Source: a virus (lineage: Duplodnaviria; Caudoviricetes). Taken from it: a stretch of DNA of 52,820 nucleotides. The translations under genes and the position numbers were made by a program. Where the stretch lies: positions 1-52,820 of the IMG/VR virus record IMGVR_UViG_3300025101_000034; one strand, written 5' to 3'. The notes beneath the pieces were generated by a model. That model was not told where the DNA came from. It searched no databases and saw only the letters and a list, made by a program, of their open reading frames with translations. Positions 27,685 through 36,921 of this stretch are shown here, piece by piece (positions within the stretch are counted from its first letter, which is position 1; every line of letters starts with the position of its first letter).

Positions 27685-30600
27685 GTGGCAAACTTTAATT
27701 ATTCTCCTAGTTATGCTAGAAGGAACATGCAAAGTGAGCCTATCCAGCAATATGACCTAAATGATTTAGAGTCAGATAAAGAGTTCCAGGCAGTCTCTGA
27801 AAGATTCTTAGGTTCTATTGGTGAACAAGATGATATCTTTGAGTATTTAAGAGACTCTGATTTTAACCTTACGTCAGCTATGAAAAGATATGCTGACTCT
27901 GGTAAGTTTACTGAACAACAAAAGAAAGACTATCAATACTTAAGAACTATGTTTGATGGTGCAGATATAGGTAGTACAGGACAGTTCCTTGAATTAGTTA
28001 AAGACGGAGCAATAGATATGGTTACTGACCCTACTCTAATATTAGCTGCTTTGTTTACTCCTTTTTCAGGAGGAGGAACATTAGCTACTAGAGCTACAGT
28101 AGGTAAAGGAACTGCTCAAGCTTTGAAGATGTTAGGCCAAGCCAATAAAGGAGCTTTAAATAAAACACAGCTTAAAAAGGCTATTGCTGATGGGTCATTA
28201 GAAGAAGCTGCAAAAGCTGCAACAAAAGTAGCAGGTGGTATGGGTGCAATAGAAGCTGGTGGTTGGATGGGTCTACATAACCATGCTAATCAAAACATAG
28301 AAATAAACACAGGTTTAAGAAGAGCTTACTCAGCAAAAGAATTAGTAGGCTCAACTGCTGCTGGTGTTTTACTAGGTGGTGTTGTTGGTTATGGTGGACA
28401 GAAGTGGTCTAATTTTTCTAATCCAGTTTTACAAATAAACAATAAACCTAAAGTCTATAGAGACGATAGTATTATAGATAATGTCCGATTAAAGTTTAAT
28501 CAAGCCTGGGACAATACTGTAGGTAGAGTTATATTAGGTAATGCTGCTCAACTAAGAACCTTAGAAAAACAAGGGGTAAAGTATGCATCTTTCTTCAGAG
28601 GTTTATTAGACCATGATTCTCAGTTAGGTATAGGTAAAAGAAGTAATAAAAAAGTAGAGTGGAGTTTTCCTGAACAATTAAATGCCAGACGAGGTGATTA
28701 TATGTTCATGGAAGAAGGACAGCGAATAGGATTTTTTAAGGCTATCGAGCCTATAGCTCCTGATGGAGTTATGATGCAAGCTGATGAGATTGCTATTATT
28801 AGATTCTTAAGAGGAAATAAAAAAGCATTACAAGGAAAAAGTAAAGAAACAGTACAAGTAGCTAATGACTTAAGAAAATGGTTTGATGGTATAGCTAAAG
28901 ATGCTCAAGATGCAGGCTTTGGCGATATAAGAATAGAAGATTATTTTCCAAGAGAATGGAATAGACAAGCTATAAAAGATAATAGACCAGAGTTTGTTGC
29001 ACAGTTATCTAAAGATTTAAAAATATCCCAAAAAGAAGCAGATGATATTGCAGAGGGTATGTTAAATATTAATAATGAATTATATGCCAGCCATAGTAAC
29101 TTACTTACCCACGGTAGAAAATTAAAATTAGATGACAATGCTTATGAAAAATATTTAACCAATGAGTTAATACCTGTTAGTGCTAGTTATGGTTTAAATG
29201 CTGCTAATACAATACAAACTAAAATAAGTTTTTTAGGTGGTGCTAAATCTAATACAAAGGTTGTAAAAAGCAGAGACATAGAAGGTAAAGAAGTATTAAC
29301 ATTTCAAAGCTTAAGACAAAATAATATAGATGATTTTATAAGAACTCATGTAGATACGTTAGATGATGATGTATTTAACACTTTAGGTAGACGTTTAACA
29401 TCTACAGAAAGAAAAGACATGATAGAATCTTTCAAGTCTGTTACAGGTGCAGTAAACTTTTTTGAAGGACAAATAAAACAAGGAGTATATGATGGCCTCA
29501 AGCTTGCTAATGCTATGGCTTATCTGCCTTTAGCTACTATCTCTTCTTTCTCAGAAGGTTTGATAGCAGCTTCCAGGGTATCAGGAAAGCAGTCTGTAAA
29601 AAACTTTCAGTATCAACTAGAAAATGGTATGCAATTTTTAACAACAGATTTAAAAAGTTTGTTAAAAGAAAGAAGGGGTTTATCAGAAGTTGTAGCTAAT
29701 AGAGAAGCTAACAGAGTTTACTTAGCTGTAGATGATGTGCAAGCAGATTTAACAAATAGATTAGCTGGTGATGGATTACAAAATGCAGCTTTGCAAAGAG
29801 GAGCTAGAGTATTCTACAAAGCTAACTTACTATTACCTTGGACAAAGACTATTGAGCTTGCAGCTTTTAATACAGGTAGAGATATAGTTGAGGAGTCATT
29901 AATTCAACTAAGTAAACTACAAAAAGCTGGAGTAAAAATATTTGATGATGTTGATACTTTTGTAAACTCAACAACAGGTAAAGATAAAGACATACTTAAA
30001 CAACTAGATAGTATGGATGGAGTTTGGGCTGGTAAAGGTAATCTTTATAAAAGAACAAACTATCTAAAAGAACAAGTACAGGACATGGGTATAAGTGTCA
30101 AAGAAGGACTGGACTGGTTAGAGTCTGGTGCAAATAGAAATAGTAATTTCTGGACAAAAGAAATGTCTAAAGCAGGTGGTAGATTTGCAAGAAGTATAAT
30201 TCTACCTACATCTAGAGAATTTTCTAAAGTTCCTAGATATATGACTAATCCTAAATTTGATATATTTACACAGTTTTTAAGATACCCTACAGCATTTAGT
30301 AATACTGTATTAAAAAACTTTGCTAGAGATACTTTAAATAGCCCTGCAATGTCAGCTCCAAGGTTTGCAGCTTTTGTAGCAGGCTCAACAGCTATTGCAA
30401 GAGGTACTAATTACTGGAGAAGTAGTCCAGAACAACAAGCAAGGTACGACCAGTTTGCAAGAAAGCCAGGAACTGATTTAAAAGGTAAAGCTTTTGATGC
30501 TTTTGTAGCTAGAAGTGCAGACGAGAATCTTAGAGCTTTCCAAAGAGTAGGTTTATTAGGGCCAACAGAATATGCATTGAGGTTTGCAGATGCTTATAGA

Positions 30601-31419
30601 GCAAATCCAAATCCTTTAGTAGCTATCTCAAGTTTAGGTGGGCCGATTATGGGTGACATTACAGGCTCTACACTTTACAACAGAGGGCTTTTTGAAACTA
30701 TAGCAAGGAAAACTCCTTTGATAGGTATTAGACATCCGTTAAAAAGATACACAGGATATGACCCTTTCGAACCAATTATTGAAGGTGGTAAATTTTTAGA
30801 TGAAGAAGCTAGATACCAACTACAACAAGGTATTGAAGATGTACTACCACCAAGAGTAGGTTATAAAAAAGGTGGGGTTGTAAAAGAATCATTTAAAGAA
30901 GTAGGACGTATGCGATATAACACAGGAAGTCTTGTAATAAATGATAGAACTATTGATAAAGAAACAAGAATAAGATTAGATAGTATAGATAATGATTTAA
31001 AAAACTTAGGATATAGTAAAGTTGCTAGAGCAGCTATCCTAGGTAATATTCATGTAGAAACAGGTGGTACTTATGACCATCAACAAAGACAAGATAACGG
31101 TAATGGTTATGGTCTTTATCAGTTTGATTTCCAAAAGAAATTTTATATGGAAAATGAAGATAGCTATTTAGCATCTAACAAGTTTGAAGATACTCCTATG
31201 AATCAAACTATGTTTATGCATGAAAGTATTAATCAATTAGCACCAGGAAAACATACAGTAGATAAAAATAAAATAGGTCAGTTACAAAGAGATTTACAGG
31301 GTGATGATGTAGCAAGAGCAGCTATCTCATTTTCTGAAAATTACTTACAACCTAGCATGCCACATATAGATAGAAGAAGAGATGCAGCAAGAACTATATT
31401 TAAAGTATTAGGAGATTAG
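27685..31419 (+). CDS. Large internal virion protein with a C-terminal phage-tail-lysozyme-like domain
   Basis: 1244 aa; C-terminal 'AAILGNIHVETGG...GYGLYQF...AAISFSENY..P' is typical of the phage tail lysozyme fold. Confidence 0.8.
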   Translation: MANFNYSPSYARRNMQSEPIQQYDLNDLESDKEFQAVSERFLGSIGEQDDIFEYLRDSDFNLTSAMKRYADSGKFTEQQKKDYQYLRTMFDGADIGSTGQFLELVKDGAIDMVTDPTLILAALFTPFSGGGTLATRATVGKGTAQALKMLGQANKGALNKTQLKKAIADGSLEEAAKAATKVAGGMGAIEAGGWMGLHNHANQNIEINTGLRRAYSAKELVGSTAAGVLLGGVVGYGGQKWSNFSNPVLQINNKPKVYRDDSIIDNVRLKFNQAWDNTVGRVILGNAAQLRTLEKQGVKYASFFRGLLDHDSQLGIGKRSNKKVEWSFPEQLNARRGDYMFMEEGQRIGFFKAIEPIAPDGVMMQADEIAIIRFLRGNKKALQGKSKETVQVANDLRKWFDGIAKDAQDAGFGDIRIEDYFPREWNRQAIKDNRPEFVAQLSKDLKISQKEADDIAEGMLNINNELYASHSNLLTHGRKLKLDDNAYEKYLTNELIPVSASYGLNAANTIQTKISFLGGAKSNTKVVKSRDIEGKEVLTFQSLRQNNIDDFIRTHVDTLDDDVFNTLGRRLTSTERKDMIESFKSVTGAVNFFEGQIKQGVYDGLKLANAMAYLPLATISSFSEGLIAASRVSGKQSVKNFQYQLENGMQFLTTDLKSLLKERRGLSEVVANREANRVYLAVDDVQADLTNRLAGDGLQNAALQRGARVFYKANLLLPWTKTIELAAFNTGRDIVEESLIQLSKLQKAGVKIFDDVDTFVNSTTGKDKDILKQLDSMDGVWAGKGNLYKRTNYLKEQVQDMGISVKEGLDWLESGANRNSNFWTKEMSKAGGRFARSIILPTSREFSKVPRYMTNPKFDIFTQFLRYPTAFSNTVLKNFARDTLNSPAMSAPRFAAFVAGSTAIARGTNYWRSSPEQQARYDQFARKPGTDLKGKAFDAFVARSADENLRAFQRVGLLGPTEYALRFADAYRANPNPLVAISSLGGPIMGDITGSTLYNRGLFETIARKTPLIGIRHPLKRYTGYDPFEPIIEGGKFLDEEARYQLQQGIEDVLPPRVGYKKGGVVKESFKEVGRMRYNTGSLVINDRTIDKETRIRLDSIDNDLKNLGYSKVARAAILGNIHVETGGTYDHQQRQDNGNGYGLYQFDFQKKFYMENEDSYLASNKFEDTPMNQTMFMHESINQLAPGKHTVDKNKIGQLQRDLQGDDVARAAISFSENYLQPSMPHIDRRRDAARTIFKVLGD

Positions 31420-31420
31420 A

Positions 31421-31864
31421 TTGGGATTTCCGTTTGAAATAATTACTATGCTTGCATCTACAGTCCTAGGTGGACTGATGAGTGTATGGGCTGAAAGTAG
31501 AAAAGCTAAAGCAGAACAGCAAAAGCTACTCATTACACGTGGTGAGTTTGAGATGAAAGCTAGAAAGCAATCACTTGACCATGGATTAAAAGATAAAGGA
31601 TTTGCCTGGACAAGAAGAATTATAGCTTTGACTTCAGTATTTGCTATTGTACTTTTACCAAAGTTAGTTGCTGTATATTATCCGAATGTAGATGTAACAG
31701 TAGGTTACACTAACTGGAATCCTGGGTTTTGGTTTTTTAAAGAAGGAAGAGAAGTATTTGAGTGGATAACTTTTCAGGGCTTAGTAATAACACAATTAGA
31801 CACTAACTTAGTATCAGCAATTATAGGTATGTACTTTGGTGGTAGTTTAGCAAAGGGCAGATAA
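31421..31864 (+). CDS. Membrane protein (holin-like candidate), TTG start
   Basis: RBS AGGAG; ~3 hydrophobic segments; C-terminal 'AIIGMYFGG'. Confidence 0.7.
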   Translation: MGFPFEIITMLASTVLGGLMSVWAESRKAKAEQQKLLITRGEFEMKARKQSLDHGLKDKGFAWTRRIIALTSVFAIVLLPKLVAVYYPNVDVTVGYTNWNPGFWFFKEGREVFEWITFQGLVITQLDTNLVSAIIGMYFGGSLAKGR

Positions 31865-32151
31865 TGAATACAAATCAATGGATGAGCCTACTAGAGACAG
31901 TAGGAATACCAGCAGCCTTTGCAGTTGCATGTGGCTACATGGTCTGGAAATTATTTCAACATCTAATAGCAGATGTACATAAGAAACTAGATACTCAACA
32001 CGGCATGATAGTTGCATTGATAGATAGAATAAGACAAATGGATAACGATATGATAAGAATAGACTCTATGGTACGAACAGCAATGGGAGTATCTATAGAT
32101 GTCGATAGACTAGCGAGGGCAGATGGGAAAAAAGACCAAAGAAAAGATTGA
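31864..32151 (+). CDS. Small single-TM membrane protein
   Basis: 'VGIPAAFAVACGYMVW' TM segment, then helical 'LIDRIRQMDNDMIRID'; coupled on both sides. Confidence 0.7.
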   Translation: MNTNQWMSLLETVGIPAAFAVACGYMVWKLFQHLIADVHKKLDTQHGMIVALIDRIRQMDNDMIRIDSMVRTAMGVSIDVDRLARADGKKDQRKD

Positions 32152-32599
32152 ATTAGGAACTTTGATTGCAGTATTTGTAATCTCAGTATTAGGTGTTAGC
32201 AATATACATGCTGATGAAATGGTGCATAAATTTAAAAATCCATCATTTAGTGGCATAGGTACATCTGCACATTACCTTACCATAGAGAACCAAGAGTTCA
32301 CTAGAAAAATGAGTATAAAAGAAGAACTCAAAGCCCTACAAGAACAAATAGAAAGAGATAAAGAGAATACAACACTAGCTAGATTTATTAGAAATTTAGA
32401 ATCTAGAATATATGCACAACTATCTAGACAGTTGGTAGAAAATTTATTTGGAGAAAATCCTAGTACAAGTGGAATACTAACTTTAGAAGGTAATACTATA
32501 GAATATAGTATAGAAGACGGAATAATAACACTAACTATAACAGCAAGCGATGGAACACAAACGACTATTCAGTTGCCTATTGGCGATTTTAGCTTTTAG
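32123..32599 (+). CDS. csgF: Curli assembly component CsgF-like
   Basis: Signal peptide, then 'MVHKFKNPSFSG' (cf. mature CsgF TMTFQFRNPNFGG); C-terminal 'ITLTIT..DGTQTTIQLP'. Confidence 0.85.
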   Translation: MGKKTKEKIELGTLIAVFVISVLGVSNIHADEMVHKFKNPSFSGIGTSAHYLTIENQEFTRKMSIKEELKALQEQIERDKENTTLARFIRNLESRIYAQLSRQLVENLFGENPSTSGILTLEGNTIEYSIEDGIITLTITASDGTQTTIQLPIGDFSF

Positions 32600-33359
32600 T
32601 GGTTGTGCAGTAATAAGTGAGAATAACGATTTAGTTTTAACAAAAAAAATACAACCCTCAACTATATTAGAAATACAATCAGATGAGCTATTTGAGATGC
32701 CTGGTGCTAAACAGCAGCCAGTTGTCGCAGTATACCCTAACAGTTTTAAAGATTTAACAGGCCAAAGAAGAAGTAATAGTTCTTTTGCCTTATTTAGTAC
32801 AGCCATAACACAAGCTCCAGAAGCAATATTGATAAGAGCTTTGAAGCATACAGCAGATGGCAAGTTCTTCAAAGTAGTAGAACGTGTGGGACTCGATGAC
32901 CTCACAAAAGAAAGACAATTAATTAGGTCAACTCGTAAAGAGTTTGAACAAGATGCAAAATTACAGCCTTTGCTTTTCGCAGGGCTTATGTTCCAGGGAG
33001 GGGTAATCTCGTATGAGGCTAACCTAAAGTCTGGAGGATTGGGAGCTAGGTATCTAGGTATAGGTAATAGCAAACAATATCGAGAAGATACTGTAATCAT
33101 TTCACTACGATTGGTTTCTGTATCTACAGGTGAGGTGCTAATGGAGACATCCGTTTCTAAAAGCATTTTATCTACAAGTGTTTCTCAGGACGTGTTTCGT
33201 TTTATTGAAGCTGGCACAGAGCTAGTAGAGATAGAAGGAGGAGTTGCTGAGAACGAATCTATCGCTATTGCTTTAACAAAGGCAGTAGAGGCAGGGGTAC
33301 TAAATATAATAAAAATAGGAATAGAGAGAGGCTATTGGGAATATGAAGAATCTAATTAG
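32550..33359 (+). CDS. csgG: Curli secretion channel CsgG-like lipoprotein
   Basis: Lipobox LAFSG-C; 'VAVY..FKDLTGQ', 'FSTAITQ', 'VVERVGLDDLTKERQLIR', 'GARYLGIG..QYREDTV..LRLVSVSTGEVL', 'EIEGG..NE'. Confidence 0.92.
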   Translation: MEHKRLFSCLLAILAFSGCAVISENNDLVLTKKIQPSTILEIQSDELFEMPGAKQQPVVAVYPNSFKDLTGQRRSNSSFALFSTAITQAPEAILIRALKHTADGKFFKVVERVGLDDLTKERQLIRSTRKEFEQDAKLQPLLFAGLMFQGGVISYEANLKSGGLGARYLGIGNSKQYREDTVIISLRLVSVSTGEVLMETSVSKSILSTSVSQDVFRFIEAGTELVEIEGGVAENESIAIALTKAVEAGVLNIIKIGIERGYWEYEESN

Positions 33360-34050
33360 TATATTAGTTATGTTATCGCTAAGTGTATTAGCAGATAATG
33401 AAATATATATTGACCAATCAGGCGATACTGCCAATATTGATTTGGAGCAACTAGGAGGAGATAGTAACATCATTGCTGGGTTAGAAAGCACAGCAGGAAA
33501 TTTAACACCGTTAGATTTAGATGGAGATAATCTTACACTAGACATAAATCAAATAGGTGGTTCTAATACTTTTCTAGGAGATATTTGGGCTGACAACTTT
33601 ACAGGTTATTTTAATTTTGATGGAAGCAGTAATGATTTCACAATTCAAGTAGACCCAAGTAACACTTATGGTGCAGACGGCTCAGATGTTAACATTGACG
33701 TGTCAGGGAGTAGTAATGACTTTACACTAGACTTAGCTACAACAGCTATGGCTACTAATACAGACCTTGACTGGATTGTAAATGGAGATGGAAACGTATT
33801 TGATTTTGATATTAATTATGATGGAGCTACAAACTATGTAGACGTTGATGGTGATTCAAACACAGTCAACTTTGAAGGTAGTGGTTATGCTGGTGGGTAT
33901 TTTTACCTAGACCAAACAGGCGACTCACGAACTTTCGACATCCAACAATTAAGTACATTAAATAATGATTGGCTCAAGATTATATCCAATGGTTCTAATG
34001 GTAGCGTGTGTATTATCCAAGACGATAATGGCACAGCCGTTGGATGCTAG
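33343..34050 (+). CDS. Secreted curlin-repeat-like (CsgA/CsgB-like) protein
   Basis: Signal peptide; 'NEIYIDQSG..ANIDLEQLG..N', 'LTLDINQIGGSN', 'FYLDQTG..FDIQQ' beta-arcade repeats; next to csgG. Confidence 0.7.
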   Translation: MKNLISILVMLSLSVLADNEIYIDQSGDTANIDLEQLGGDSNIIAGLESTAGNLTPLDLDGDNLTLDINQIGGSNTFLGDIWADNFTGYFNFDGSSNDFTIQVDPSNTYGADGSDVNIDVSGSSNDFTLDLATTAMATNTDLDWIVNGDGNVFDFDINYDGATNYVDVDGDSNTVNFEGSGYAGGYFYLDQTGDSRTFDIQQLSTLNNDWLKIISNGSNGSVCIIQDDNGTAVGC

Positions 34051-35074
34051 CATTGGTAACATAACAGAACTTAACGGAGCAGGCAGGATTGTAAGGGATA
34101 AACCTTATGATGCTGCCTTATCTTTTAATATAGAAAGTTTTGATAATGTTCAAACTTCAGAAGGTCGTATAGGTATTACATTCCTAGACGATAGTCAGGT
34201 TAGATTAACAGAACATTCTGAACTTATCATAGACGAGTTTATCTATGATGCTGACCCATCTAAATCTAAGATGGCTTTACAGTTTGCAAGTGGTACTGCA
34301 AGATTTATTACAGGCAAACTTGCAACAATAAATAAAGAAAATATTTTTATAGAGACTCCTAGTGCTACTATTGGTATTCGTGGTACAGACTTTACGATTA
34401 CTATAGACGAGCTTGGAAGGTCTCTTATTATTTTATTGCCTGATGAAAATGGTTTACCAAGTGGAGAGATAGTAGTAGCTACAGCTATGGGTGAGGTTGT
34501 TTTAAATCAGCCCTATCAAGCTACATCAGTATCTACATTTGAGAGTGAGCCTGCAAAGCCTGTAGTGTTGGACATAACTACAGAGCTAATAGATAACATG
34601 TTAATAGTTAGTCCACCAGAGGAAGAGTTTAATGCTAGTGAAGAGAATATGTCAGATAGTGGTAGTAACATACTTGATGTTGATTATCTGGAGTTTGACG
34701 ACCTGGATGTAGATTTATTAAAAGATGATAGTTTAGAATTTACAGAGCTAGATATAAATTATTTAGATGTAAATTTTTTAGAAGACTTACTAGATATAAT
34801 AGAAGAAGTAAACGAGCTAGATGAAACAGAAAGCTTACTAAGAACAGATGTAAACTTAAAAGGTACACAGGTAGGGTTTGACCCTAATACTCAAATAAAT
34901 ACTTTTATTACAGACCAACAAATAAGTTTGCTTAGAAGTGTAGAGCATACAGTTAGAATAGATTTAGATAAAGCAGGAGCTTATACCGTCATACTAATAC
35001 AAGATGGTAAGAGTACACAACTTGTAGTAAATGGTGGTGGAGATTCTGTTATAAAAATTAAGCAGAGTAACTAA
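33965..35074 (+). CDS. FecR-domain periplasmic protein with an acidic C-terminal extension
   Basis: 'DNVQT.EGRIGITFLDDSQVRLTEHSELIID', 'GTARFITG', 'IETPSATIGIRGTDF' are FecR signatures. Confidence 0.85.
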   Translation: MIGSRLYPMVLMVACVLSKTIMAQPLDASIGNITELNGAGRIVRDKPYDAALSFNIESFDNVQTSEGRIGITFLDDSQVRLTEHSELIIDEFIYDADPSKSKMALQFASGTARFITGKLATINKENIFIETPSATIGIRGTDFTITIDELGRSLIILLPDENGLPSGEIVVATAMGEVVLNQPYQATSVSTFESEPAKPVVLDITTELIDNMLIVSPPEEEFNASEENMSDSGSNILDVDYLEFDDLDVDLLKDDSLEFTELDINYLDVNFLEDLLDIIEEVNELDETESLLRTDVNLKGTQVGFDPNTQINTFITDQQISLLRSVEHTVRIDLDKAGAYTVILIQDGKSTQLVVNGGGDSVIKIKQSN

Positions 35075-36804
35075 TGAGATGGGCTAGTTTATTAATAGGA
35101 TTATTGGCATTGCCTTTGTTATTTAATGTAGCTCCGTTAGAAACATTAAGACTTAAAACATTTGACAGGCTAGTAGATACACCTGAACCTACAGGATATT
35201 TTACAATACTAAATATAACTGAGGAGTATATAGATAGTCAGGGTGGTTATCCTTTACCTAGAGAAACACTAGCAGATATACACATAAAACTTTTACAAGA
35301 AGGAGCAATAGGAGTAGGGTGGACTATGTTATTTCCCCATCCTGATAGACTAGGAGGAGATGAGAAGTTTGCTGAAGTCTTGTCTTTTTCTCCTAGTATA
35401 CTTGCAATGCCTGAAGTACCTAATGGCATATATCCTAAAACACATGGTACAGTCATCCGAGGGCCAGAGGTAAATCTACCAAAAGCCCAAGGATTTTTAC
35501 AAAACATAGACATACTTAAAAACAATTCTAGCCAGGGGGCTGTGTCTGCTCCTGTTGATGTAGATAATCTTGTTAGACAAATACCTTTAATGCAACAAAC
35601 ACCTAATGGGTGGGTCGCTTCTTTTGGGACTGAAGTATTAAAAGTATTAGGTGGTGGTAATACATATCAGATTGTTACCAATGATAACGGTATAGAGATG
35701 GTAAGAGTTAGAGGACTAGACCCTATACCTACTGATAGTTATGGACGTAAATGGATTAGCTGGGTAGATACACCACAGACAACACTAGATAATTTAGATG
35801 TAGCAGGCAAGTTTGTCTTCGTAGGTTTTACAGCTAAAGGTATAACAAGTCAGCTAGCAACTCCTGTTGGATTACTTGAGCCTCACAAAATTCAAGCAGC
35901 TCTTGCCGAGTCAATATTATTAGATACACCACAGATACCAGACTACAGATTGTTTGTAGAGCTACTATTATTATGTGTCTCTGGTCTTCTTATAGCTGTT
36001 GTAATACGTTCTTTTGGTATCACACTATCAATGGTATTAGCTGGAGGTTTGTTTGCTTCAGTAGGATATCTGGGATATTACTTTGTGTCTATTGGTTATC
36101 TTATAGATGTGACCTGGAGTATGACAAGTATGACACTTTTATCTCTACAACAATTTTATTTAAGATTTAGACAGCAATATAGATTAAGACAACAAATCAG
36201 AAAACAGTTTGAACATTACCTTGACCCAAGACAAGTTGCCAGGCTACAAAAAAATCCAGGGCTTTTGAAGTTAGGTGGTGAAAGAAAAAGATGTACGATT
36301 ATGTTTACAGATGTCAGAGGCTTTACAAGTCTATCAGAAAAGTTAGAGCCTGAAGAAGTTATAAAGATTATGAACAAGGCCTTGACTGTACAAGCTGATG
36401 CCGTTCAAAAGAATGGAGGGATGGTAGACAAATATATAGGGGATGCAATGATGGCTGTATGGAATGCTCCATTAGATGTAGACAATCAAGAACAGTTAGC
36501 TATTGAAACAGCTCTTCAAATACAACACGACATGCAAGAAGCAGAGTTAGAAGTTGAAATTGGTATAGGAATAAATACAGGAATAGTTTGTGTAGGTAAT
36601 ATGGGGTCAGCTTCCAGGTTTGAATATAGCTGTTTAGGTGATGCTGTAAATTTAGCTGCTCGTTTGGAGTCTTCATGTAAGTCTGTTGGTAAAAATTTAG
36701 TCATAGGTGAGGAGACAATTAAGAATTATCAGGGTGAATATACAGAATTAGAACCTATTTTTGTAAAAGGTAAGGAAAAAGAGGTCAAAATCTACACAAT
36801 ATAG
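35074..36804 (+). CDS. CHASE2-domain class III adenylate cyclase
   Basis: N-terminal TM, CHASE2 ('YPLPRETLA', 'DVDNLVRQIPL', 'GKFVFVG', 'TPVG'), 3 TMs; cyclase motifs MFTDVRGFT, DKYIGDAMM, GDAVNLAARLE. Confidence 0.93.
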   Translation: MRWASLLIGLLALPLLFNVAPLETLRLKTFDRLVDTPEPTGYFTILNITEEYIDSQGGYPLPRETLADIHIKLLQEGAIGVGWTMLFPHPDRLGGDEKFAEVLSFSPSILAMPEVPNGIYPKTHGTVIRGPEVNLPKAQGFLQNIDILKNNSSQGAVSAPVDVDNLVRQIPLMQQTPNGWVASFGTEVLKVLGGGNTYQIVTNDNGIEMVRVRGLDPIPTDSYGRKWISWVDTPQTTLDNLDVAGKFVFVGFTAKGITSQLATPVGLLEPHKIQAALAESILLDTPQIPDYRLFVELLLLCVSGLLIAVVIRSFGITLSMVLAGGLFASVGYLGYYFVSIGYLIDVTWSMTSMTLLSLQQFYLRFRQQYRLRQQIRKQFEHYLDPRQVARLQKNPGLLKLGGERKRCTIMFTDVRGFTSLSEKLEPEEVIKIMNKALTVQADAVQKNGGMVDKYIGDAMMAVWNAPLDVDNQEQLAIETALQIQHDMQEAELEVEIGIGINTGIVCVGNMGSASRFEYSCLGDAVNLAARLESSCKSVGKNLVIGEETIKNYQGEYTELEPIFVKGKEKEVKIYTI

Positions 36805-36921
36805 TGTAAATGCTCTCTCGCTTACGGAGAAGCTCTCTAACGAATTTTATGCCTTTTGATACCTAGAGCATTACTTACATGCTAATCGTTCACCACAGAG
36901 CATTCTGTGAGGTCGATTTTC

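Noticed and set aside
32531-33166. 211-aa antisense ORF over csgG, and similar antisense ORFs over the portal, fibre, nrdA, polA and primase
   Set aside because: Reverse-strand shadows of well-supported genes, with no motifs or RBS
32123-36804. Curli/cyclase block as host chromosomal contamination
   Set aside because: Genes overlap seamlessly with phage late genes, share their composition and GAC-before-C usage, and are flanked by phage genes on both sides
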